From Tubiluchus corallicola (Eukaryota > Animalia > Priapulida), in the NCBI GenBank assembly GCA_030141605.1, contig JAQGDQ010000030.1, positions 417,171 through 481,170 on the forward strand: DNA of 64,000 nucleotides, written 5' to 3'. The translations under genes and the position numbers were made by a program. Shown here in pieces: positions 1-13,440 of the stretch. How positions within the stretch are numbered: position 1 is the stretch's first letter; each line of letters begins with the position of its first letter. Below the pieces are notes generated by a model, which did no database searches, was not told the DNA's origin, and saw only the letters and a program-made list of their open reading frames with translations.

Positions 1-3000
1 AAGACTGCTAGCTTGAATCAAATAAGGGTTTTACAATTAAATCGTGTAATTTCAAGGTTATTATATTTCCCTAGTAACTGCGTGTAAATTAACTCTTCAA
101 AATGCTTGGTGACTTAAATGTTAAATGTCTAGTAAAGTCTGACATTGCACCAAGAAATATGTTCACTAAAACTAGATGTTTCGGTTAGCAAGTAACCACT
201 GTGAATAGTAGGCCTACATCTGTAAAAATAGATTAGTTAAACTGAATCTTTTTAAACATTTAAAAAATTCTTAAAACTAGTATTTGCAGTTTGTTTTTAC
301 TTATGCAATAATCTTAGTAGGAACCAGTTGGGAACGTCTTGTTCATATATTGGGCAGAGTTTTCTGGACATGCTCTTTTAGAACAGAATATAGCCCTAAC
401 TTTCACGCAAATAGGATGAAAAACAATACTGTTGCAGCTGATTGACGACACCAACAATTAATAACTCTTGAAGAATATATTCACTAATTCGCGAGAAAAT
501 CTTTCACGCCAGTGGACTGCCGTCGCAGTGTTAGTGTGAACAATCTTTCAAAGCGAAGTGGTCCTAAAATGAAAGCTCAGGTAAAAGGTATTTATATAAG
601 GTTAAAAGCCCTTATCGGCTAAGTTTTCTAGATGTTGAGTAAGTTCGAAAATAATGTGTGTTCAAATCGTAACCTACGCGTGTCGATCTTATGTATGTGC
701 CTTGCAGAGTAACTTCCAATACTTTCATTACAAGAAAGATAACTACATCATTTATATATGGGCTCACAAAAGTACGCAGTGGTATAAGTGGCTCACAATA
801 ACGCGTTTCCGCTCAGTCAGTTTTAATATTCCTGACTAAGGCATCATTATAAGAAAGATAAACTGAAACATTTGAATGTGGTCTGGCAGAAGTGCCCAAA
901 GGTATAATTGGCAAACTGTATGTTTACCGTTCGTATCATAAAACAATATATGGACATATTGGTACAGATTAGGTTTTGCATTATGCAATTAACATCCTTA
1001 TTTTTTAACTATGTAATTTTTATTGTGGATGAAAGTCTATATGTATTGCGCATTTTAATGACCTGTCTCGTGCATTTATGTATTGTGTCTTGGTGCGTAT
1101 GCATATATTTTAAGCAGTTTCTAATGCAATTTTTATAATATTCTGTATAAGTGAATGCTTTACGTTTTTATAACGATATGTACTTTTAAAAGTACGAAAT
1201 AAATACTAAATAAAACGAAATAAAAATAAGAATTAAATAAAATAGAGCTGTTGCGAACAGAGGCCGTCAGTCTCTCCCGGTTATGAGACGTTGGCACGCC
1301 ACCACGCTAGCGAAGCTATTTTTGCAAATTTGACACCCTGTCAGGAGCTATAAATACTCCACTGCTGCATGTGTATGCGAGTGTTGCTGTGTTTATTTAC
1401 TTTGTTAGGTGAAGCATCGTGTCTGTTGGTCCGCGTGACAGAAACCTTAAACCTCTAAGATCATGTTGAAGTTCACAAGACATAAATGTCTGTCAGACTA
1501 AGTGCCCAAAGTAGCACTAACCGATTTTTCTTCATATATTTGTGGCACAGCAACAACCATTGCGAGTTTTGCGGATTTCGCGTAAAATTTAATTATGAGA
1601 GAGAGCATTAATGGAAGTGCGGCATGTAGTATGTACATACCACATTAGAGAGGCTAAAACTTGCAAACGGTTTATCTGTTGTGAGTTGTTTCGCATTTTT
1701 CACCGACTACCGCTTACTTACTGATTATCAAATAAGAACAGCATGTGAAGGACCTAATGGTCGTATGTTGCCCTCAAACTTTGGCAATTTCGTATTTTGT
1801 TGTGATTTTTGTATTGATTTTTAAGCGGGAATGTGAAATAAATTAATTTAAATCTTTAAATTTAAATCTTATCGAATCACATTCATTCGTTTAGCTTTAT
1901 AAGGCGCGAACAACAAAGTTTTTATGCACATGTACGCAAGGACAAATTGCCGCGATGCTTGATAAAAAAACGCGTTAGTAGCATGAAGCCGTTAGTGGAT
2001 GTAGGTTAGCAAATTTTTGTATCAAATTCAAACTGACTGAGTTCAAACTTATAATAAACTTACAACTTCTGACATACACAACTGGTTTAAGCTAGCTGAA
2101 TAATCCGCAGCGACACCTAGCATCAAAAGATCTTTTATTCTCTTTCAGTGTAGTTAAATGCTTTCACTGCATTCTGCAGTGTTTTTACTGGAAAATATTT
2201 AGTAGTTCGTACAGACGGCAGCACTTTCCAGTGGCAGAAAAAGAAAGCCCTGAAGACACGAAGCATGAAGCCATAGATTATCATTTTGCTTGAAACACTG
2301 CAAATAGGTAGCAGCACTTTACAATAACTCTAAGGCGCAATAACTTTTCTTACATTTTTTTTCTAGTCAACGATTCATCTCAATATTCATGCTTTATCTG
2401 CGTTGTATGAAGGACAGATATAAAAGCACGAAGTTGTGCAGATATCCAATCATCATACCTCATAAGACCCGATTTCTCTGGGTCTAGGCCTTGGCGCCTA
2501 AATACGTCCTGACTGGAAAGCGAAATTTGTTTATATGGTCAACGTCCATGTGGAAAAGCGTTGAGGTCTCGTATGCGATATCTTCAAGTGATTCCAACTA
2601 GTTTCCGCAGGCTCTGTTTTGAATCTATCAAGTTTAAAGCCTAACGAGTTGCTATTTAATAGAAAGTGTACAAAATCAGTAAGACACAAGCCAGTTAGCT
2701 TAGTCAAGAACCAGAACTTGATAGATCTGCTTTTGCTGGTGTTATGATACGGACATCATGGTATCTTTCCTTTAAGGATTGCAACACTAGGACAAACGTA
2801 CCTTTAAGTTTCCATAACAGGCAGATGACTTTATAAGAAAAAATTGTATTGATGGGCAATGAAAGTTGTTACTAGTTTATTAAGTCTCGGTTTTAGTATT
2901 TGAGCTCCCGTGGCATTAAGCTCCCAGATTAGTGGATCAACTATTAGATGCTGCGCTGTACTGACTTAAAACCATTAATACAGTTTAAATTTTTTATTTA

Positions 3001-5430
3001 ATTTTCAAGCTTCAGCTACTGCAGATAAATTGCTAGACACAAATTCAGGTCAAACAAAGTAGAAATTGATGTCCGCCTAATTTCGATTTGTTCGCACACT
3101 GATGCATGGCTCAATAAAATACATAGGTTAAATCAATAGTTTTTGCGGTTTCCATGCTGATATCACCCAATTGCAGATCATGTAACATAAGTACACGCAA
3201 TAAACCACTGGAGAAGGCAGTAGACCAAAAAGCCATCCAAGTCGCTTGCAGGTCCCTACTACTCCTTCAATCACACCATTTTCATAATGACCTACTTATG
3301 TTTTCTATAAGCGTTTAATAAAGTGAGAAATTCCCAAACCTAAGTTCTTTTGCAAAGAAATTTTAGTCTGCTAAGTTTGCTTCGAGGCTTCGTCCAAAAC
3401 AAGAAGGAAATGCAACATTATGATAAGGACATCCCCGAGTAAATAAAAACATTTATGTAGGAAACAACTTAACATAAGGTCACTATAGAAAGAAAGAACC
3501 GGCCTTCTGTGATGAATTATAAAACTAGAAGAAACGTAAGCAACGTTATTTAGTGCTCTGTTCCAAATGGATTTTTCTGAAAACAACAGGTGCATGTTCA
3601 AGTCGGGGTTCAAACTAACAAGTTTTTCCTTGTTGAATATTTACTGAACGCCAACAAACTCATATTTTTCGTGAAGTATAGCTGCTCGGATTTCTAAAAC
3701 AAAATTCGGGTCTTCAAAGAATGGAATTTAAAGTTGAATACCAACTCGAATAGTGACAGGCCTATCCACTATTGCGACGCACAGCTTTATTGCTGGCGAT
3801 GCCCGCCTTTTGATTAGATTATCATTATTAGTGGGTTTTAACAATAAGGTGTAGATTCTGTCTAGGTGGAAGACCAAATGTGAATAATATCTATTAAAAT
3901 GACAAATATCACGCTTCTTCCTCTTAGTCCTGCCCCTTTTGGCCCCAACAGACCCTTGTGGGATTGTCTCTGAGTTGTGAGTGAAGTGAGAAATGGAGTG
4001 CACGTTTTCGAGTTCATCAACGCCAATGACGTTCTTTTTTATATTGCAACAGAGGTTTGGCGAAGACTGAAGTCCGACTTGTGTTCGTACTTCAAATTCA
4101 ACAGTGACTGCATGTTTTCGAAGTTAATTTCGTTAGCGAACATAATTTAGGGGTTAAATCCTTGCAGGCAAATTCGGTTTATAAACTCAATAAACATTGA
4201 AACTGCATGACACCACGGTCGACGAAACCATTTTGTGAGTTGGGTGAGCTTGTGGGTCAGCTTCGGTATACAGTCAACATACCAATAACATATTAATCGC
4301 AGTGAATCTAAAAAACTTAGGATAAACTTTAATTTGCGAAATTTTATCATCAGGAATTTCCCGCGCACGTTTTTTTTGATAGACTGCCAGGAAATTAAGA
4401 ACACATATTCAAAGTGTGACTTAAAAGGTGATATAGACAACCTTTCTTTCACTCGTCCAAAAGGTTGATACTACTAATACCTGGCAAAATCTCTATTTAG
4501 TTTTTCTTTAATTTTCTGTCTACCGCAGGACGCGTTTGTTTTTGAATTAACAAAAAATGCGTTATTATAAACAGTTTGACTTTTTTTCCTTAAGAGATAG
4601 ACACATGAAGGATAACGGTACAGAAGTAAATACAACTGAATAATAATCCAGTAGATGCACGGAGCCCAATTTCTGATCGTATATTCAATGCAGAAGCCTG
4701 TAACTTAACTACCTACATCACTGAAGTTATTTTCACAACAGGTTAACACTAAACAGATCCCAAGCTTGTCAGAATCGTATTTATATTAGGATCTAGAAGA
4801 AGCTATAATCCGCTACCAGCCCCATTCCCGTAAATGCTGAACAGGCAAGAACTTGGGCATGAAGTGAAGGAAATTGACTGTTTGAACTAACTGGACTAAA
4901 TTACTGTAAGCATGTTTATGTGCTCCCGCAAACCTAAAATTAAACATTTTGATTTCTAAATTTAAATCCCTAAATTTAATTCAGTAGGACAATCAAATTC
5001 TACTAGTTGTATTTGTGGTAACAACAACCAAACAGTAAAACATATTATTTTTGGTTATTTGTTTGATCGTAAATAACGAAAAACATACTGAGTTTGTAAA
5101 TGAACTACAAAACAGAGATCTAAATAGTGTCTTCATAGACAAAGAAGCGAAATTAATGCAGAATTTTGTCACATTAGCTAATGAACCATTTATGATGAAT
5201 CTGTAGTAATTCACTATTAAATTTAATCATTGTAAATATTATAAATAATCTTACTCATGTTTTATACTAACAAAGATTTAAATGTTATAAGGTACAGAAC
5301 TAATACTTGTGTTAAATGTGCAGAACCATAATTGTGTTAAAATTCTTATAGCAAAATGCACTGTGATATTATGTACGTTGATTATTTAAATCAAGTTGCA
5401 ATGAATTTTACCTGCAAATAGAGGCAATAA

Positions 5431-5542
<112 letters not shown>

Positions 5543-5599
5543 TCTAAAATTTACTTTGTCATTTATAAATCACTTAAGTAAGATTAGTACTGTATAATA

Positions 5600-6170
5600 T
5601 GGTGTGATGTGGTATACACTGCGCTGTAGTGCAGTGTAGTGTATAGTGTAGTGTAGTGTACAGAGCAGTGCCATTTAGTACATAAAGTGTCTATAATATA
5701 GCGTAAAACAGAGCTATATATGTAGTATGATGCAGCAGAGAACCCAGTAACAGAACAGTGTTATGAGTGCTGTGCACCACAAACGTCTCGCAATGCGGAT
5801 AAATGTATAGTAATAACACACTAATTAAATATTACCCAACTGTTTGGAAAGATGTCGTATTGCAGTTGCGTACGCAACAATACATCATAGCAGAGTGCCT
5901 CGCATGCAATGTGGGGTATAGTGCAATACATTTTACTCTGTCATTATAATTACAGTAATTTAGTGTTAGCAGAGTGCAATGTAATGAATTCAGTGAAGTT
6001 TTTCTAGCGTACATAGTGTAGTGCAGTGGTAGTATAGTGTATATAGAACCGACCAAGTGTAATTAAAGGTAATGTTATGTAAATGCAGTGCAACGTAGAC
6101 TAATGGAGAATCAACGCCATTTGCAGAGTGTATAAGTAAAACAAATACATTATAGCCTATAGTGTAACAT
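5600..6170. repeat. Degenerate (TAGTG/CAGTG)n low-complexity satellite-like tract
   Basis: gtagtgcagtgtagtgtatagtgtagtgtagtgta at ~5626-5660, with decayed copies to ~6170. Confidence 0.55.
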
Positions 6171-6269
6171 CAGAAGCTCCACCAAACTCGCTTCTTATCT
6201 GGATGCTGTTGTTGTGGTTGGGAATGGGAAATGACCTCTCGAAAAAGGTCTTAAGGCTCCTGTGAATTA

Positions 6270-7260
6270 GCAATGGGAACTTCACACGAATATATTCGAG
6301 CAAATTCTGCATCGATTGACGAAGTCTCATTTTTGATCCGCCATTTTGACTTCAAATGCCGGCAATAACATAATTTTTGAAAAAAGCCAAGGCTACACAA
6401 TGGATCGTTAGGAAGCTTCACGGAAACATACTAGAACAAATTCTACATCGACGAGAGAGTCGTGTTTTTGAACTGCGTTTTGAATTCAAGATAGCGGCGA
6501 TAACATTATTTTCAAATAAAAGAATGAGGGTCTGCCAATTAGAAACTGATTACTGTGAGACTTCACGTGAATATATTAGAACGAATTCAGCATTGACTGA
6601 TAGAGTCGGATTTTTGGCTGGCCATTTTGAATTCAAGATGGCGACACTGACGCGATTTTCTAAAAAAATGAAACTTTCCCCAGTTCAGAAAAGTCTAAAG
6701 GCAAAGACGAGATTTATTTACCGTCGCTCATTTAACTTACAATTATAACAATTCAGGTGAAAAAGACGCAACACAAATAAAAATAACATGTAGGGCATAT
6801 GTCCGCCGTTGGCAGCCGCAAGTCTCGAACTCAAGACTGAATGGTTGCTGTCCGAAATCTTAACCACTCGGCCACACATACCACGACAAAGCCGATCACA
6901 GCTTTGGATCCATGCATGTACTAAAAAAACAAGCTCCGCCAATTCGCAACAGATCATCATGTGTCGTTTTAAATTAAAGATGACGGCAATAATATTATTT
7001 AAAAAAGACTAAGCCTATGTGAATCCGCAATAGATCGTCATGAAACTTTATTGGAATATACTAGAATGCTGGATGAAGTTGGATTTTTGATCTACCATTT
7101 TGAATTCAAGATGGGAATAACATCATTTTCGGAATGGATCGTCTTGCAACTTTATAGGAATAAACTAAAACTAATTCTTCAATTGCCAATGAATTTAGTA
7201 GAGCAAATTCCGCTTCTATTGACCAGTCTGGTTTTTGATATACCATCTTTAATTCAGTGA
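6270..7260. repeat. Degenerate ~140-bp tandem repeat with palindromic core CCATTTTGAATTCAAGATGG
   Basis: Core recurs at ~6341, 6476, 6621, 6965, 7094 and 7243, often preceded by a (ga)atatactagaac-like motif. Confidence 0.7.
6800..6885 (-). mobile_element. tRNA-derived SINE head or tRNA pseudogene inside the 140-bp array
   Basis: Minus strand has Pol III A box TGGCCGAGTGG (6874-6864) and B box GTTCGAGAC (6830-6822) at tRNA-like spacing. No intact cloverleaf or acceptor stem was found. Confidence 0.6.
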
Positions 7261-7503
7261 TTTCCTTCACCGATAGGAATACGAGTTGAACTTGTGCTAA
7301 ACATCTTAGCAAAACTGGTAAAAGTTTTTTTGTGCGCATCACGAAGCAGTGTTTAAAGATCTATTATAAAATCCAGAATATCTTTACTAACGCAAAGACG
7401 CGTGCTCTTTATGTGAGATGCAGATGGCTTTCGCATCGGCAGTGAAAATTTCAAAAGTATTAATTACCGAATTAACAGAATTCTACAAAAATTACACGGA
7501 AGG

Positions 7504-7641
7504 AGTTTACAATTCACTACACAATTGAAATAACCCAACCCTAGCGCTAGTTCTAACCTTAACCTTAACGCAACCCTAGCTTCAACCCTAACCCTAATCC
7601 GCTTCTGGAACTAATTGCTTGTTTGTGGGGAATTGTAAACT
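7504..7641. mobile_element. Small inverted-repeat element with internal telomere-like (CCCTAA)n repeats
   Basis: agtttacaattcactacacaa pairs with ttgtggggaattgtaaact; the interior has aaccctag/aaccttaaccttaac/aaccctaaccctaa. Confidence 0.55.
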
Positions 7642-10600
7642 TTAGGCTACATTATGATCTTACATTATATATCTTCCTAGTTCAGCTCTTGCTGCATGAA
7701 CTTGGCAAAAGCCTAGATAAATTCGCATTAATTCTTCACTTGGTACTTAATTTAAGCTGAAATGGAAACGAGATTGATTTTGATTATGTCAGCGACAGAT
7801 TTAAGAACTGTGCAAGTTGTAACTATGTAAAGCTATCATCTTCTTCTATTAATAATTGTTCAGGCAGCGATGGTGGTAGTATCGCAGTCTCTTGCTTTGA
7901 AACACTATCCTTACCAATGACAGGCAGGCAACGTCAATGCAAGCTGGGATTGAAACCAGACTTAATCACCAATTGATCGCTCCGATTAACTGGATAATTT
8001 TTAACTCATACCCCCCACGGATGACGATTTGGATTTTGAAACGATTCACTTAGCAATGCATTAATCATGTCACTACTTCCAGTTGGGGCATCATAAAGTG
8101 CTAAGAATGCACGAAGAACTCACAACGTACTAAATTTTGTTGCACTTCATTACCCGGAACTGTGGTGTTGACAACGAACGACTGTGTCTTGGTTTCGTTT
8201 TTGAATCCGCCCGGACAACAGCTGCCCGGATGTCCGGAACAAAACTAGGATGCAAATAAGAAGCAAAGAGAAACTTCCTACTCAGCAAAAATTAGGTAAA
8301 TATTTGTTACGAAGTTACAAACGCATTTTTCACATGAATGCACAGTGCACAATTTGCACACATGCATTAATTTGCTTTGCACATATATAACATAATCACT
8401 TTGGCACTACATTCTACATTTACACTAAAATGTTACCACTTCTGACTTTGGAATCTGTATTATAACGTCTGGTAGTTAATTACTTGCAACAAAAATACAC
8501 TTCTTGAGATACATAGGCGACATGCGATTAAGCTGATGGGGTGTCAAAATCAAAATTATCCAAATCCCTCACTAGATTCGTAATAATTAATTTGAAATAA
8601 AAAGCAAGGGAGCTAAGTACAGCTCTGACTAATTGGCTGTAAAACAAGTTAAGTGAATATAAACTCTCGTGTTCGAATGAGTTTGCCTTTACTCTTAGAT
8701 GCATGACTCACACTTATTGATGTAACCCGTACTCTTATCTTGGTACGAAACAACCAGCAATATGCGAACAAATTAGTAGGCTATAGTAGGCCTAACACAT
8801 TGCCACGAACAATTTGTCAGTTCTTTATACCAGCATAGTCATATATACTTATAGCTAAATAAGCTGGTCATTTATTTCGGCACTGGTGCAGCGCGTTTGC
8901 GCAGCAAGAAAATGCAAAAATGCTATAGGAGCCGTAAAACAATCTTACGACAATTCACTACAAAGGCTTCAGGATGAAGTAGGAACATGCGGCGAATGAT
9001 TCATTGTCTAGACTAGGTTTATGACAGTATAATATCACACGTACTCGAGAAACAGGTATTATTCATAAGTAATTGTGAATCTTACCTTCCCAGAACAAAA
9101 CCTGGCTTTAGAATCCCAGTTCTAGATAATTGTTTCTTGTTTTCTTAAATCAGATCGCACTTAGGGCTTTATATTTCACTTTAATAATCCGTCTCCAGTA
9201 GTTAGTATTTACGTCATCATATTTATTACCATAATGAATAAACTGTTTTTGTGGTGCCACTGGACGACTTCTTGCATAATTTTCGCTTACAGCTTAAGCT
9301 GACGGAGTCGAAATTTTCTGCAAAAATGTTGTTTTCCCCAAAATACAAAACAGAAGCAGCTAGATTAGTCGGTCGATTCTGTGAAATCTTCCGCCTAGGT
9401 ATTAAAGCAACTGAAAAGCACTGAAAAATAAACATCTACTAGCGGTCTTTCTCTTTCTACTGCTGTTGAGATGATACACGGAAAACAGACTCCCAGCGAA
9501 ATGTAAATTGTGAGAACCGTTGGGGATTGGACACCTCTAGCGCATAGTACTGTGCTTTGCAAAAATTGTTCCAACCTTTGTCACTTGCGCAGCAGATTTG
9601 GGTAGTGGAAACTTTCACTTGAGCAGGGATAGTTCGAAAGTGGATACCTAGGCAGTAGCTATGGACATTCAAGCAGTGACTTTTGGGCAGTGAACCTTTG
9701 GTAATAGACAGTTGGGCAGTGGACATTATGCGAGCTTGCAGACTATTTGATTGTCAGCCTTAGGTAGCACAACACTGGTGGCCTGTTCGTTATGTTTGTG
9801 TGTCCATCTGTTGATCCATGTCTCTTCTATTTATCCATGGATCAGAGATGATCCGTGTCTAAACCATCCTTTAACCTCTTCATAATTCTCTTTATCTGTC
9901 TGTCTGCATCACAAGCTTCTGTTGTCTATTTATCTGTTTTTATTTATGCTCTCTCTGTCTGTCTTTTTTATACCATCTGCCTGCCTCCTTGTGTACTTGT
10001 CTACCTTTCCACCTAGCTACACAAAATTCCATACTTGCATACCCAGCCGGCTGCCTAAATACTTATTAACCTTTACCTAGTTACCTATAACTACCTACCT
10101 ACCTATATACCTACCCATTTACCAATTGATTTATAGGGGCGGTTATGGCACACCACCTGTCAGTCTATTTTGGAAACATGATAATCCCACTGCAAAACTG
10201 GTTAGCTATACACTACCAGCAATTGCAACAGTTAATGCAAACATTGGAAATCATAACATTCACAAAAGCAGCAACATGTACAGCTATACCGATCGCAACA
10301 CTAGGAGCAGCAGGAGCAGTAGGACTGCAGCAACAAAAACGACTGACACTGATATTTCCATAAAAAGTTACTTTTCTTTAGACACGTAAATGTTCAGAGG
10401 CAAGAAACTTTCGACACAAGAAAATTCATATGTAAGCTGTTTGGACATTGCATATTTCGACAATGGACACTTGGACAAGTAGGTAATACAGAATAGAATA
10501 CAGGTAAGATACAGATAGGATACAGATAAGATACAAATAGAATACAGGTAAGATACTACATTTTAGTAGTACAAGCTAATACATGATACATCTATATAAT

Positions 10601-11254
10601 TATTATGATCGCATATTGTATAAACTAGATTTTACACGACATCGTAAACCCTTTATGATATTACACACTACGTAAGTGAACTGCAAATTTATACTGAGGC
10701 TACAGGATATATCCTTGTCTCCGGAGGTAATAGATTGCTGGACAAGCCACTATGTTAACTCATCTTCATGCAGATTGCTCAGTATAGCCACGCTGGCATA
10801 TTTCTGAATATGAGTTATAACCAAAAAAATGACTGATGTCCAATGAACTTGACAATATGTATATGTATTCATAGTAGTATTAGTAGAGTGATAATAATAG
10901 TGGCAACAATAGCGGAGGCAGTGGCAATGACTTTGTCCAAATATCACTGATCACTATACCACTCTATGCATGACACCATACTCCTGGTATTTTCCCAGCA
11001 ACTTTGGTGACTCTAGGTACGTACACTGGTCGTGGAGAAATTCAGCTTTGCAGTGCAAGGTATAAAAAGCCTATTTTGTACACAGCAAAGATACACGTGT
11101 TTACCTACCTGTAATAGTCCTGGAGTCGGAAAGGGTTCCTTATGTGTGCTTAATATCCTCCAATATTGGGGCCCTACCTCATAAACAGTTTCTTAAAAGC
11201 CTGAAATGTTGCTATTTATCGTTTGCTAGTTGTCATTTGGAACTTACAGCTAGT

Positions 11255-11506
11255 GCCACTACTACTGCTGTTGTTGTTGTCGTTGCTGCTGTTGTCGTTG
11301 TTGTTGTTGCTGCTGTTGTTCCTGCTACTACTGCTGCTACTACTGCTATTACTGTTACCAATCTCACACTCACTGCTACCAGTGCCACTGCCTCCGCTAT
11401 TGTTACCACTATTATGATCACTCTACTACTACTACTATGAATACAACTACTTACTACTACTGTGTTATTACTATTATCATAATTATTGTTGTTGTTGCTA
11501 TTGTTA

Positions 11507-11555
<49 letters not shown>
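11255..11555. repeat. Compound trinucleotide low-complexity tract (CTA/GCT/GTT/TAT)
   Basis: Seen directly; ends in a near-perfect (TAT)n run at ~11511-11554. Confidence 0.9.
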
Positions 11556-11557
<2 letters not shown>

Positions 11558-13440
11558 TGTTATCGCTGCCATTGCTTTTTGTTTATTAAGACGAATTTTA
11601 ATTGCTATCTGGACTGCCAGGTCTTCTTTCGGACGTGGTTCCAAATGGGAGTGATTAGGTCGTACTAGAGGATAATCGCAAAAAAGTTCAAACTGAACAA
11701 CTGCTTTGTGGCAAATCAACGGCTTATTTGTTTTCTGTTGCGTGCCGTGCAGTATTATTTTTGGTACTTCGTAGTCAATAAGCACGTTTACAAGTCTGTG
11801 ACTGTCAGTTTAGGAAATAGGAATTATTTAATTTCGATTAATTTCTCTTTTTGCGATGTTTTATGTAAGAATAATTAGTTGCTTATCGCGTAATTGCAGG
11901 ATACGGATTGTGTTTTCTTTATTATATATAAGATCACACGTTGTACGGTTGTAGGTTGAAGCTTAGCCAAAGTTTTGTATTTTTCCAATACTCTGTTAGG
12001 TCTGAGTACTAGAACTTATAATCAGATTTCCATCCTTTCTTAGGCATACTGGTTATTGGTTTGGTTGGCATAAGCCTAACTCTTGACTTTAGTCCATTAC
12101 TGTTACTGCTAAGTAAGTAAGTATATTGCCCTCTTTCCTAATTTGGTCCCTATTAAAGTATTATTAAGAATGCGCTTTGTTTTTTATGCGAGATATCATC
12201 AATCTCAATTGGCATTCTAGCTTAGAATTAACTAGGTAGATGGTGAAATAACTCGAACAAGTGATAAACAGAAGATGTGTACTAAATGGCTAGATTTTCG
12301 TCAAATTTCGCAAGAATTGAAATTAATTCTCACAGAGGCAAGTTGCGAGAATCCACAGAATCTAGCTCCTGTTATAATCCCAAAAAAAATAGAAAAAGTA
12401 CATAGTTTTATCGTAAATGTTTTAAATAAAATCAGTTGTACTTGACTTGTAATTGAAATTTTTTCCTGCTTTAGTACTTCGTGTTAAGCATTTAGTGGAG
12501 CATGTAATCATTAATACCATAAAAAATTCAGTACCTTCCATTCCATTATTCAAATTTTAAATACAAATTTAAAAGTTGAATCAAAACAAAATCAATAAAA
12601 TTTTGAGGCAAACTTAATTGTACTACAGTGTGAAGTGACTAGTCACTCTATCTGTTACTCTAACTACCTTCTCCATATGCATCTTGTGGTTGTCATTGGT
12701 AGTATGCCTTACTAAATTGGAGATCAGTTAGGTTTCAACTTTTAAGTCATGTGTAGTGCATGCTTGCTATAATAAATGACATCTTCTACAGCTTTACCTT
12801 TATATTTTGCTTTAACCTTGCCAGAGTTATGTTTACACAGTTGCGCACTGCTTTTACTGCTTTGTCAGACTCATAAAAAGAAAAACCATGATTCACTTTT
12901 AAGTAATCCACCCATTTATCCCAAGCTACTTTTGAAATGTGTTTTTGCTTAAGCTTAGCACTAGATTTAGCAATTGTCCAATCTGATCAGATGATGCATT
13001 AAAACCACTATTTTTCACTTTTCTTTTAAACGTCTTTCAGAAACATTATCGTCAAATATTGCTCAGTACTCTAAGTATCATAAAAAATAATTCGAATAAT
13101 CTGAACCGTACCTGACTGTAACGATGCACTTTTGCTGTGTGGGATGCGAGATGAGAGTGGCTTTTATTGGCTGAATCATCATTGGGATTACTAGTGAAAA
13201 TTTTGCAGACAACGTGAGAAACCAGTACAGACAGGAAGAAGGAATGGTAGTTTCTCCCTAACACTGTTGCACATGACATATATAAAAATGCATGTACAGT
13301 AAAAAAGGAATTGAAAAGAAATGCTAACTTGTTTTTGTACGCGCTTTGGTGAAAACAAGGAAGTAGCGGCTTGTAATTGGCATTTAAACACCTTGAATAA
13401 TAAATCTGCATTTTTCATTTTAGATTTATAACAATCAATA

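Noticed and set aside
1248-1500. TATA-like CTATAAATA in a GC-richer patch (possible promoter or solo LTR)
   Set aside because: No downstream gene, second LTR, PBS or TSD could be identified.
8250-8296. ATG-initiated mini-exon MQIRSKEKLPTQQKL-G with a phase-1 donor, as a candidate ORMDL first exon
   Set aside because: The homologous ORMDL N-terminus ([12 protein letters not shown]) is at 13441-13498; this segment has no family similarity.
9480-10560. Degenerate ~15-bp ggaca-type repeats and CTGT/CTAC/GATACA low-complexity tracts with short ORFs
   Set aside because: Too decayed to define boundaries; the ORFs look like low-complexity artefacts.
11144-11668. Poly-Leu/Val/Thr ORFs resembling membrane or mucin proteins
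   Set aside because: They are translations of trinucleotide microsatellites, open in several frames on both strands.
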